Part shown: in pieces, positions 36,703-47,692 of the stretch
Layout of the letters: every line of letters starts with the position of its first letter
Position numbering within the stretch: position 1 is the first letter of the stretch
From: Carpediemonas membranifera BICM
Taxonomy: Eukaryota; Protista; Fornicata
Length of the DNA stretch: 64,000 nucleotides
Assembly (NCBI GenBank): GCA_019828565.1
Contig: JAHDYR010000012.1
Location: 62,001 to 126,000 of the forward strand
Reading direction: 5' to 3'
The notes under the pieces: model-generated
The model's database searches: none
The model's input: the letters and a program-made list of their open reading frames with translations, nothing else
What the model was told of the DNA's origin: nothing
Program-made: the position numbers and the translations under genes

Positions 36703-38728
36703 ATAAGGAACACCACATCCAGAAAGGGGGCAGGGAAGCATAGACTCTGGGATCAAGGGGAGACCCCCATGTTTCCCAGGGAGAGGGCAGGGCCAGGGAC
36801 AGAGGAAATCCATCAATTGGATGGTTGCACCACTCGCGGTGAACCTAAGGAAACTGCAGGGACTGAGCATGGGATACGGGGGACATGACGTCCCCGCCGC
36901 CCTTGTGAACGATAGAGGGACGCTGGGAAGTGTAGCACAAGAGAACTATCATAAGGGGTACTAGGCCTTGCAGATCTAGAGTCTGTGTTAGCCCTAACCC
37001 ACGCCGCCTAACAGGGGTAGATGAGAGGGACTTAGTTGCTTTCCCCGCCCACGGGTAGGCCACTTAACAGGGTCGTGGGGGCACTGAACAGGGAATCTGG
37101 AAAGAGGAGAGGGTGCCATGCTTGAACGACCCCGTAGGGACTGCAGGGAATCAGGGAGTGCTATAGAGAAGGTCTTGCAGGACAAACCTGCCTGTGGAAG
37201 CACCGAGGACAGACCCCCAGGCTCCCTGGAAGCTGCCGGGTTTACAGGGAGACAGGAAAGCGCTCAGCGCACGGAGATGGCGAAGGCCTATGGGGGGAAG
37301 TGAAATCGGGAGTGAGCGGAAGCAGTAGCACCGAATCGCTCGTTGGACGCAGCTGACAAGTTCAATCGCAGGGAGGAGGCAGCGCCCGGGGAACTCGGCT
37401 CCAGTAATAAGGGAGATCAGCCTAAGTAACCGGGGCCCGATACCAGGCACCATAAATTTTCTTTCTTTCTTTTCTCAGAACCAATGCGCATCTTTAGCAC
37501 CAGACAAGGCAAAACGATACTCCGAAGAATTACGCGAGGCCCTGAAGACTGGCCGCATCAGAGGAGACAGATGGCTCTCGCTGTTAGGAAAGCTAGTTTT
37601 CGCGGCGACAACGACGCCCGGAGGCCTACTCAAAGTCCGTCGCCTTCAAAAGTGCCATCCGAGCCCGACAAAGACATGGCACTTCCCCGAGGACATCAAG
37701 ATCATACTGCAGGACATACTGCGCATCCTCGAGGGAGCAACGCCGATCTCGAGACCGTTCTCAGAACTCATCTCCATCTGGGGCTTCCGCAAGGAGATAG
37801 AGGTGTTCACTGCCACAGACGCCTCGGACAACGCCATCGGCGGGACGATCCGGATCGACGGAGCGGAAAGATCGTTCCAAGAGACGATCACTGCACAGGA
37901 CTTCCACTCCATCATGACCAAGGAGCTATTCGCCATCCGCGTGGCCCTGCTATCCGTGAGCGACGTGACAGACCGAGAGTTCACTGTCTTCTCAGACAAT
38001 GCTGCGTGCGTCTCCTGGATCAACAAGCAAGGCTCAGCAAGAGCACCGGAGCAGGCACTCCGGTTCCTGGAGGACATTCAGCACTGGGCCCAGTCCCACA
38101 GGAACACCGTCGTCGCCCGCCATGCACCAGGGCATCTCAATTCGAAGCCGGACAGGCTGTCCCGGTTCAAACGGTTGGAGTGGGGTACGCCGGCACCCAT
38201 CCTCGAAGCCATGACAGACGCCTGGGGTCCGTTCGAGGTAGACGCGTTCGCAACGGAGGAGAAGCTTCTCCGGATTCCGGGCCATTGGACCCGGGAGCAG
38301 GACGGCCTATCCAAAGACTGGCATCAGTTCAGGGTCTTTGCCGCGCCTCCCCGAGCGCTGCTGTCGCGCCTGAACGCCAAGCTGGCCCCCCTCTGGGACC
38401 GTCAAAGGACAAGCTTATCTCCACATTCCTGGCGGCAGGGCTGCTTCGTTCTGGTCTTGCAGGATCTCATTGATCTAGGAGCAGCGCACATATCACCATC
38501 TCAGAGATCGCTCAGGCAACGATGACCATGGAGGTCCCAGTGCAGGAGGCACCGAGGGAGTGGAGAGCACTGGCCGGTCCGAAATCCAGAGTGACCGTCA
38601 GGGCCGTCTGGATCCCACGCTGAGAGCAGCAGGAGTGATAGTACGCGACCAAGAGACCGACAGAGAGGGAGCACAATGACGAGTCAGGAACATACCTGTG
38701 GACCCAGAGGTGGCCATGTGTTGTTGTT

Positions 38729-41700
38729 TTGGGTGAGGAGAGGACCGCTCAGGAGGAGACAGCGACGGTGTATGCTGTCAATAGCGGCTGCAGCACGTGG
38801 ACACGGTGGGTCGACGTGGAAGGGGTCAGAGAAAAGGCGCTGCTTGACTCGGGCGCCGGGGTCAACCTCATGTCGGAGGCGAGGGTGGCGGACCTCGGGC
38901 TGACTATCAGAGAGCCGGGGGAGATCCAGCAGGTTGATGGTCTCGGTGACCAACCTGTGCCAGTCATCGGACGGGTGACGGCGACGCTTGGGGGAAAGCC
39001 GGAGGAGTGGTGCGTAGTAGAGCCGGACGTGCTCTTCGTCGGCTACGACACCCTGGTTAAGCGGGGCATTGTGCTGCCCGACATGGCGGATAAGCTGACA
39101 GCTACAACCGTCCCAGGTACGCGTGAGGACAAGCTACAGCGACTGTTCGCGTACGGGAGGGAGGGCACGGCAGCTGACCTGCCCATGTTCGAGTTGAAGC
39201 TGGCGTCAGACGCGAGACCGTTCAGGGCGTGGCCGAAGAAGATGGGCATCGAGGACGCGGCGTGGGTGCGACAGGAAGTGGCGAATATACTGAGGAAGGG
39301 GGTGATACGGCCGTCGCTCAGCCCGTACGCCTCGAGGGTCGTGTTGGCCGATAAGAAGGGGGGCGACAAGAGACTGTGCGTGGACTACCGCCAGCTCAAT
39401 AAGCTCACAGCCGACTACGAGTACCCGTTGCCAACCATCTCATCGCTCATCGAGATGCTGGAGGGGAACGTGAAGTTCAGCACACTCGACCTCAAGGCGG
39501 CCTTCAACCAGGTCGAGATCGAGGAGGAAGCGAAGAGGTACACGGCGTTCGTCACGCGAGAGGGCCAGTTCGAATACAACAGGATGCCCTTCGGCCTTAA
39601 GTGCGCGGCCGCACACATGCAGATGGCCATGGAGACGGTCCTGGGCGACCTCATCGGCCGGGCCTGCCTCGTGTACATCGACGACATCGTGGTGTACGGG
39701 GCGAGCCAGGCGGAGCACGACGCCAACCTGGACGAGGTCGTGGACAGGCTCGTAGAGCACAAGGTCGGGCTGGGCGAGGCCATGTGCGTGTTCGACCGGG
39801 AAGAGATCGAGTACGTGGGGTGGATCGTCGGCGGCGGGAGCAAACGTATCGACCCGAAGCGCATCGAGCACATCCGGGCCATCCCGATGCCCGACTCGAT
39901 CTCCGCGGTGAGAGGCTTCCTGGGGACAGTCAAGTTCGTCCACGACTGCATCCCGCACCTAGCGTGGACCGAGAGATGCCTCCACCGGCTGGAGAAGAAG
40001 GGCGCGGTGTTCGAGCGGGACTGGACTGACGAGTGTGTCGCAGCCGTGAACAGCATCAAGGCTGCCATCGAGGACGCGGAGGCGCTGAGCATCCCAGGCG
40101 CGGATGAGCCTCTCGAGCTCTACACCGACGCGTGTGAGCACGGGATCGGCGCAGTGCTCATGGTCAGGCGGGGTGATAAGCGGCTGCCGATCGGGTACTT
40201 TTCTAAGGCCATTCAGGAGGATACGTCTCGGGCCAGATGGAACATGACGCAGAAGGAGGCGTTCGCTATCAAGGAAGGTGTGAAGCACTTCAGGCAATTC
40301 CTCCGGGGTCGGAAGTTCACGGTGATGACCGACCACCGCAACCTCCTGTGGATGGACCAGTCTGAGAACGCGGTCGTGGAGAGGTGGGCGCTCGAGCTGC
40401 GGCAGCTCTACACATTCGAACTGCGGCACGTGGCGGGTGCGGCCAACGGGGCGGCGGACTGGTTGTCCCGCCACCCGGCGAAGCAGACGACGAGAGGGGC
40501 GACCGAGCACGTCTGTGCGGTCAACCCTTCGCAGGGCGACGTCGAAACTCCGTCCAGACAGAGCCAGACAGTGCCGGAGAGCCAGAAGGCGGCACGGTTT
40601 CGTGAGGTGCATGGCGCCGGAAAGGGGCACCACGGGGTGCAGCAGACGTTGTGGAAGCTGGAGGATCGCGGGCTATTGTGGGATGGCGCGGAGACGGATG
40701 TGTCAAGGATGGTTAAACAGTGCCCTGTGTGTCAGAAGGCCGGACTAGGAGCCGACCCGTACCAGCTGGCGCCCAGGGAGCCCTTAGGACCTTTCGACCG
40801 GGTGTTCGTGGACACCACCGTCATGCACGAGGCCGACGGCGAGTTTCGCAACATTCTGACAGCCGTGGAGGAGACGTCGCGCTGGGTGACACTGATACCG
40901 TTGAAGACAACGTCCTCGCGTGAGACCATCGACGCGTTGGTTCGGCACTACCTCACCCACTTCCCTGTGCCAGCCGAGTGGGTCGCCGATAACGGCTCAC
41001 AATTCGCGTCAACCGAGTTTCACGCGTGGGCCAGGGAGACCGGGGCGCGGGTCAACCACACGACGCCGTACTACCACGAGGAGAACGGCGTGGTCGAGCG
41101 GTGGAACAAAGAGGTCAACCGCCACCTGCGGTGCGAGATGTACGAGCGGCAGACTCACAGATGGGCGAGCCTGCTGCCTGCCATCCAGAACATCATTAAC
41201 TCGGCACGGTCGAAGGCCACCGGGTCGTCGGCATGGAGGCTGGTTATGGCGGACGGGACCGGAGCGATGGACGATAAGCTGAAGGAACAGAGGATGGAGG
41301 AGGTGGAGGCCGCGCGCAGGATGATACAGAACGAAGAGCACAGGAGGAGGAACATGGAGCAGACGGCGAAGAAGAAGAAGCAGGACAGTCAGAAGAGAGC
41401 AGCAGACATACAGCGACAGCACCCAGAGTCGCGGGTGGCAGCCGGGCTTTGGGTGTTTGCTGACCGCGACGCAGAGATACGGAAGAAGTACGACCTCAAG
41501 TGGCGCGGGCCGCTGATGGTGGTCAGGAAGGTACCGAGGAAGAGCAATTCGTACGTCGTGAGAGACTCGGAGACGAAGAAGACGTACAAGAAGCACGTCA
41601 GCCATCTGAAGGTGGCCGAGGGAGAGTGGAGTGAGGAGAAAGCCAGGATAGCGTGCGCGCTGGACAGAAGTCAGGCGTATATTAAGGAGATTGTGGACTG

Positions 41701-41929
41701 GAGAGTTAGGAGGGACGCCAACAGGACACCAGAAGTGAAGTGCAGATGGTTGGGATTCGAAGCCAGCGAGGACACCTGGAGAGTGGCGACAGACGAAGAT
41801 ATGCGGTCCAACTTCGTGTTATTGAAGTACATGGAGGATCACAGCCAGCTAGTCAAGTGTATGGAGGATTATTCGTTCAGAGTCGGTCGGAGTCAAGAAC
41901 GGGCGACGGGCGCTGAGGAGGAGGGGTAG
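38729..41929 (+). CDS. Ty3/Gypsy Pol (PR-RT-RH-IN-chromodomain), element 5'-truncated; PPT and 3' LTR start at 41930
   Basis: LLDSGA, YIDD, TDAC, HHCC, ADNG..NGVVER, RWLGFEASEDTW; GAGGAGGAGGGGTAG followed by TGTG. Confidence 0.9.
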   Translation: MGEERTAQEETATVYAVNSGCSTWTRWVDVEGVREKALLDSGAGVNLMSEARVADLGLTIREPGEIQQVDGLGDQPVPVIGRVTATLGGKPEEWCVVEPDVLFVGYDTLVKRGIVLPDMADKLTATTVPGTREDKLQRLFAYGREGTAADLPMFELKLASDARPFRAWPKKMGIEDAAWVRQEVANILRKGVIRPSLSPYASRVVLADKKGGDKRLCVDYRQLNKLTADYEYPLPTISSLIEMLEGNVKFSTLDLKAAFNQVEIEEEAKRYTAFVTREGQFEYNRMPFGLKCAAAHMQMAMETVLGDLIGRACLVYIDDIVVYGASQAEHDANLDEVVDRLVEHKVGLGEAMCVFDREEIEYVGWIVGGGSKRIDPKRIEHIRAIPMPDSISAVRGFLGTVKFVHDCIPHLAWTERCLHRLEKKGAVFERDWTDECVAAVNSIKAAIEDAEALSIPGADEPLELYTDACEHGIGAVLMVRRGDKRLPIGYFSKAIQEDTSRARWNMTQKEAFAIKEGVKHFRQFLRGRKFTVMTDHRNLLWMDQSENAVVERWALELRQLYTFELRHVAGAANGAADWLSRHPAKQTTRGATEHVCAVNPSQGDVETPSRQSQTVPESQKAARFREVHGAGKGHHGVQQTLWKLEDRGLLWDGAETDVSRMVKQCPVCQKAGLGADPYQLAPREPLGPFDRVFVDTTVMHEADGEFRNILTAVEETSRWVTLIPLKTTSSRETIDALVRHYLTHFPVPAEWVADNGSQFASTEFHAWARETGARVNHTTPYYHEENGVVERWNKEVNRHLRCEMYERQTHRWASLLPAIQNIINSARSKATGSSAWRLVMADGTGAMDDKLKEQRMEEVEAARRMIQNEEHRRRNMEQTAKKKKQDSQKRAADIQRQHPESRVAAGLWVFADRDAEIRKKYDLKWRGPLMVVRKVPRKSNSYVVRDSETKKTYKKHVSHLKVAEGEWSEEKARIACALDRSQAYIKEIVDWRVRRDANRTPEVKCRWLGFEASEDTWRVATDEDMRSNFVLLKYMEDHSQLVKCMEDYSFRVGRSQERATGAEEEG

Positions 41930-41999
41930 TGTGATTTATATGTTACGTATGGTGTCGGTTTAGACCATATTAGCCATAGGGTGAAACCTTGTAAAGCAT

Positions 42000-42378
42000 T
42001 CCGAGCCACGGTTCCGTATTTCAGGCAGTCGTCATTGAGTTCACCGTCGGGAAGAACACGTCCCCCACGATGATCCAGCGGAAGGTCAGCCAGTATAGCG
42101 ACTACGATGCGGACGTTGTCGTCATCTGCCTCTCCCCGTGGGGTGCCAACCTCACCACCTGCGCCAAGGGCCTGACAGAGCTCGCGGTGGAGCTCGCCGA
42201 CGTCAACGAGACCACCCTCTTCTCGGAGAAGGAGGCGCTGAGGGTCATGTCGAAGGCTCTCATCGCTTGGACCACTCGGCGGCTCGCCGAGGCGAGGCGG
42301 GCCAACCACCTGTACATTCGCCACAACAACCCAATATATCTTGCCCAGCCCGTCGCTGCGGGACGGGGGGTCGGCTAG
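42000..42378 (+). pseudogene. 3' fragment of a REL-type non-LTR element endonuclease
   Basis: VVIEFTV..RKVSQY..VVICLSPWG resembles the C-terminal REL motifs. Confidence 0.55.
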
Positions 42379-42735
42379 CCCGGCCCAAAGCTGCAGCTCA
42401 TCTTGTTTATATAGACGCGGATAAATTCGTAAATCCTTGGCCACTTTGCAAGCAACCACCATTATCAGCTCCAGGAGCTGCATTCATAGATAATAACAAC
42501 ATCAAAGGCCCAAAAAGGCCTCTAGAGCCTCCAACGAGGCCTCAATCGCGAGTTCTGGCCTCAACAATTTTTCTTCGCCGTACGGGCTCGGCCGTACGTC
42601 ATTCCTAATCGATAATCAACATCATTCGCATCCTCTATATGACTATTGGCCAGTAAATTCGTTCCTATTTGCGCTCCTTCTTTGCTCCTCATCAATCGGG
42701 TGCTGTCACTTCGAGTGACAGAGCAATCTTCGCGT

Positions 42736-43302
42736 ATGACCGACTTCGACGTGCTAATCTGGCATTTGCTGCCGTTTTTCCCTACCCGACGTGCTCGGAA
42801 CGCCTTCAAGCGCCTCCTGGACAATCACGTGAAGGAGGATCAGCTCCCGAACCGCCAACGTACCTATCGTGCCGTGTTCGATCCCACGCTTGCTCCTGCT
42901 GCTTCAGCTGATACCACTACACCGCCTGCCTCTACAGAGGACTTGCCGATTCCATGCAGTACCGAGCACGCCATCGCCAACACCGAAGAGGCTAGCAACG
43001 CCACTGCTGACGATTCCGGGGCTCTGCCGACACCCGATGACCCCGAGGAAGCCGAGGCACCCGCGCAGCCCGAGGGTCCCGAGCCCGAAGAGCCTGAAGA
43101 GCCTGAACCCCAGCTCAACGAGATGGTCTCTCGCGTGCAGGCCGCCGCGGTCAGTTACGTCAGCGTAGACGTCAAAACCGAGCTCCAGGCACTTGTGCGC
43201 GGCAAGCTGTCGCAGTATGGTCACCTGACCACCAGCGAGCGGTCTCATCACGCTCTGCGCGACCTTTCGCGTGACGGCCTGGTACTGTGGTTCAATGGGC
43301 GT
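42736..43302 (+). pseudogene. Truncated Gypsy accessory gene, homolog of 58957-60078
   Basis: MTDFD vs MGDFD; AVSYVSVDVKTEL..SHHALRDLSRDGLVL vs AVSYYWNSPRTEL..SHDAGADLCRDAIVL; cut by the LTR at 43303. Confidence 0.65.
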
Positions 43303-43759
43303 TGAACTTTTACTGAGGAGAAGACTCGACGCAAGGGTGTCAAGGAGAAACTCCTTGACAATTAAATATAACGTAAATCTGTGTAACTTTGGGTAGGACC
43401 CACAACACTGCCCCTCCATGCCTGGTATAGGCATGACAGAGAGACTTGACGTCAGAATTTCACCAAAGGCCTGGACGGTGCCACCCGACCGCCAACGGTG
43501 ACTCATAGGGCTGGCAACCCCATGGCCTGAGTGCTTTCGCATCTAGCTAAACGAAATCAAAATGATGGTATCATGATCTAACTGCGGTACCGCTAGGTGA
43601 GCTCTGTTTCAAAAATGCTGAAATGTGACGGAGAGGCTTACCACTGCCCCTCCACGGCCTTCCTAGGCCGTCTTCACAAACCTTATACGTGTTATATGCC
43701 TTGCCATGTAATTCGAAGGCCAAGAACGATTGCTCTAGCAAACACTGCCAATGCTGAGC

Positions 43760-46278
43760 TGACGTGGGTTTGACCACGATTGACCATTGGTCCAACTATG
43801 CGGATTTCCCCAAGTAAACGAATTCTCTCTTCAGTTCTAGAACTAGTTCATGAGTACTTCAATCAACACCGTTACAGGTAATTACCCCACTATCAAGCTG
43901 AATGATGCAACCATCGAGAGTATCGACGCCTTTGAGCGTATGGGCAGGATTTTCCTTGCAACGAACAGCAAGGTTGCTCCCACGGACTTCTTGTCACTCG
44001 AAGACATCACAGAACTTCAAGCACAATACCCCGACGTCGATTTCACGAGAGCTACCCTTGATCAACTCTCCACTCTGATGCGCAAGCTCGTAACTCCTGA
44101 CAACGTCATCGACCTGCTAGATAACCTAGCATCTCTCTCTCTTAACTGGGACAGTACCCGTAATGTCCCCAACGGCACTGCCATGGGTTCTATCGAGCGA
44201 GCAACCCGTGTGCTGGTCGCCAGCTTCCGAAACCGGATGCGTCTCTTCGACTCCCTTCCTCCGGGCGAGGACCTCCCCGAGGCCGCCACGGACGAGGAGG
44301 TATCCTCCAGACGTCACCGCTTTGAGCAGCTCTGTAGCAGACTGCTCATCGACGCCCTCCAGCGGCCTAAGGCCCTGAAGACTAAGACGACTCGTGGCCG
44401 CTTTCCCCGATATTTGGGAAGAGTCTCTCCCCGCAGAAGGGTCTAACCTGGAGGAGATGACTATAGAGCTCGTAAACGAGCGGGACATTGTCCAGGCGAG
44501 AGCTAGAGGCCTTGCCGACGCGACAGCGGCGCTTGTGACGACCTAGCTCGAGAAACTCTGGAGATCTGGGATCATCCGTGAGTCTCGAGGCCCTTACAGT
44601 TCCCCCAGTGAAGAAAGGTTACAAGGGCTCTCAGAAAATCAGACTCTGCGTAGATTACAAAGAGCTGAACGACCTAACGATCAAGGACAAGTTCCCGATC
44701 CCAAATGTTAGACATTTCGTGGATCGCGCGGCAGGCTGCAAATATTTTGCAGGCCTAGACCTAAGGCAGGGGTACTATCAGATGAACATGAGTGAAAAGG
44801 ATATTCCTAAGACCGCGTTCGTTACCCCTGACTCGTACTTCGAGTTCACTAGGTGTCCTTTTGGTCTGACGAACGCTCCCTCAAGGTTCCAGCGTGCTAT
44901 GCAGCGGGCCTTTGCGGAAGTCCTCCATAAAGGAGTCGACATATACCTTGATGATATCATGGTATATGCTCGCTCGGAGGACGAGTTCGTCGCCCTGATG
45001 GAGAAAGTCTTCTCCATCTGCCGCGAGTACAAGCTACGCTTGAAAGCAGGCAAGTGCAAAATCGGCACGGACCACGTGGAGGCCGTAGGCTATATCGTCT
45101 CTGAGAGAGGGAAGCAGCTGGCTCCATCGCGTGTACAGGCGATCTGGGATATTCCCGTCCCTGAGACGGCCAAGTCACTCCAGAGGGTGCTAGGTTCATT
45201 CAACTACGTTGCGCAGTTCGTCGAAGACGCTGCTCGGACACTCCGTCCCCTGAACCACCTACTCACCACCGCCTTAAGTTAGGACGCCGTCCCCATTATA
45301 CCAGAAGGCGATATTCGCTCGCGTTACCTCAAGGTCGCACACCAGTTCCATAGTGGAACCAACGCTACGTACCAGCGCCTGAGGACCATGGCCTTTTGGC
45401 CAGGCATGTTGCAAGACTGCAAGCGGATTGTTCGCACACATGCCCGATCTGCCTTAAGGCGAGGATCAAGAACTATTTGCAGCCTGAGGCTGGGTCGTCG
45501 ACTAGAACGTCACCCTGGGAGACCGTAGCGGTCGACTCCATGGGACCTCTTCCGAAGGATCAGAGGGGCGCCCGCTACATCATTGTAGCGACGGATATGT
45601 TCACGCGATACACGGAACTCATTCCGGTAGCGAGCATCGACGGAAACACCGTCGCGCAAGCCCTATGGGACAACGTATTCTCGAGGCACGGGCTACCTAA
45701 GGAGCTCCTGTCAGACAACGGACCAGAATACGCAAACCAGATAGTCAAAGCGTTGACGGACACCCTACGGGTCAGCCGTCACTTCACGACACCTTACCAC
45801 CCACAAAGCAATGGGCTGGCGGAGAGGCGTAACGCCGAGGTAGCAAGACACCTAAGGTGGATGGCTCTCTCTATCGCTCCTAAGGACGACTGGTCGACCC
45901 TACTTCCAACAGTACGGATGATAATCAACGGTACACTGCAGGCGGCCACGGGATTTACCCCCCACGAGCTGGTCTATGGCCACCCACACAACATAATGGA
46001 CAGTACTTTGTGGTCGGAAGAGACGCTAGGCGTCTTCGACTACAAAGGATTCTACGAAAACCTTAAGGTCACCCTGGCTAACCTCGAAGAGGCGGAAAAA
46101 CAGGCAGTAGGGCCTCACCAGAGCCCGATCGAGACCACAGGCTTAGAGCCAGGGGACTACGTTCTTTGGAAGAACGAAGCCCCTCAAAAACTTGACACAC
46201 CCCACACAGGTCCGTGGAAGGTGGTAGAGGTACTCCCTAACAATGCGGATTTCCCCAAGTAAACGAATTCTCTCTTCA
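43760..46278 (+). mobile_element. Internally deleted Ty3/Gypsy element
   Basis: 74-bp 5' LTR 43760-43833, whose last 35 bp recur at 46244-46278; TSD GAGC; gag 43850, RT 44578-45282 (YLDD), IN 45396-46243. Confidence 0.85.
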
Positions 46279-46348
46279 GAGCCCTTATCGCTCATAATCA
46301 CATAGACGCCGAAAAACGTACTTAGAAGCTCCAATTCGGCTCCGTTGA

Positions 46349-47279
46349 GGAGTTCAGAGGCTTCTAATTTTCTGCGTCCAACTGTACTTGAATAACAACA
46401 TCAATTCCGTTGAGGCCGTTCTGGAGACAATTCGTGCCAAAATCGCCGAAATTGGTGATGATGAGCTGGCTAGGCCACTTATTGTTGCTCATACTTCCGT
46501 TTGCCGTTCCCTTCACGTTCGGAAGTATCGTAGACGCAAGCGCTTGAGTACCGACAATCGGTAAGTAACAAACATCAATTATCAGGTTATATAGCCACCG
46601 CGTGCAGGCTTCGGAGCGCATCACCAGAACTCTGACGATGTCGACTCAGATGCCCCGTGACATCAAGGCCGAGGTTGCCCGACGCCTCGTCGGGTACACC
46701 AACTCTATCGAGCTGCCGCTCCAGCGTATCTTTGACGCTATTGAGCAAGGTCGTCTGAACGACGCAGCCGTAGTGCAGGACGTGAAGCTGCCCCAGCAGG
46801 TCTTGGCTCTTGTGGCTCACAGCCAGGTCGCGCTTGCCGGTGTGAGGGCCCACCTCAAGCTTGGCAGAAAGCGCTTGACCGATGGAGACATCGTGTCGGC
46901 CGCGATCCGGAGCCGCAACATCACGCTGGGTGGGTCTTTACCCGGCAACGGTCACTACTCTGCAGCTCTCGTGGCGGCTGTGCGGACTGCCGGCGGGGTC
47001 AAGTCGGACACTACAGCGCGCGGATATCTTAACCGCCTGTTGGTCCTCGTCCTCGCACCGGACTACTTCCTTGTCGCTGTCTACGGCATCAGCCGGCGCA
47101 TCCCGGCCCCCAACGACTTCTGGGCAACCCTGGTCAGCCGCTTGTGCCGCGACGGCTACCTGCCCGCCATTGGTGATGAGGCTCACTGGGATCCGCTTCA
47201 GGTCTCTGATCCGGACCGCTACTACACTGTCACGTGCGTAGTCCGTCACGAGTATCTGAAGACGACTTTGAGTTTTTGA
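46349..47279 (+). pseudogene. Accessory gene homologous to 55974-57011, with a 34-nt intron at 46561-46594; no ATG found; 3'-truncated
   Basis: GTAAGT..TATAG phase-2 intron joins an RKYRRRKR exon in frame to ORF 46602; YTNSIELPLQRIFDAIEQG and LQVSDPDRYY match the homolog. Confidence 0.65.
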
Positions 47280-47692
47280 GTTTTTGAGTTTATTTTTTGA
47301 TACAGTGCCGGGGTGTCCACCTCCAGGCACTGGCCACAACCCGAGCCAGACGAGCGGTGATCAGCCGCAGCTGAAGACGACTTGTGGTCCCGGGTCTTTT
47401 GTGTTGATCCTGCAGTATGACGGATACTCGGGCGTTGGAGCTCAACTTCGGTCGGCCTGAGGACTCGCCCGAGGGCGTTGAGCACGGCTCTCTCCCTGAA
47501 TGCAGTACTGTTGCGTACCTTGAGGCGGATAGTGGGTCCGAAGGTCGCGTCCTCGTCGTCTGACGGGGGGGTCCGGACCGTGTACTTGGCGTCGGAGTAG
47601 ACGCTCAGCAGGTCGACGCCACATGAAGAGGAATACGCGTATACTGCGGGGCCAATGCGTTTGAGCAACTTGGAGGAGCCGCCCTGGCGCAC

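Larger units (their letters stand above)
29009..37473 (+). mobile_element. Full-length APE-type non-LTR retrotransposon (LINE), 8465 bp
   Basis: 15-bp TSD CTCAGAACCAATGCG at 28994-29008 and 37474-37488; (TTTC)n tail; long ORF1 plus APE-RT-CCHC ORF2. Confidence 0.92.
27650..38676 (+). mobile_element. YR retrotransposon (gag 27735-28241; RT split by a LINE; RH/MT to about 38620)
   Basis: RT 28240-29008 (HRLIHDLR, YLDD) resumes at 37489 (APDKAKRY); TDASDN, SDNAACV, FAAPP. Confidence 0.85.
43303..47692 (-). mobile_element. Pol-less Gypsy derivative: 3' LTR 43303-43407, antisense accessory gene, gag fragment 47300-47692
   Basis: PPT GGAGGGGCAG then an LTR resembling 51878; gag LGRVLRPT matches LGRTLRPT at 52270; interrupted by element 43760-46278. 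Confidence 0.65.

Noticed and set aside
43799-43833. Element with 35-bp LTRs
   Set aside because: TSD GAGC places the 5' LTR start at 43760 (74 bp); the 3' copy is shortened by a deletion from the integrase
47267-47300. Telomeric repeat or CRISPR array
   Set aside because: Only about three TTTTTGAG units at a deletion junction; no spacers and no cas genes
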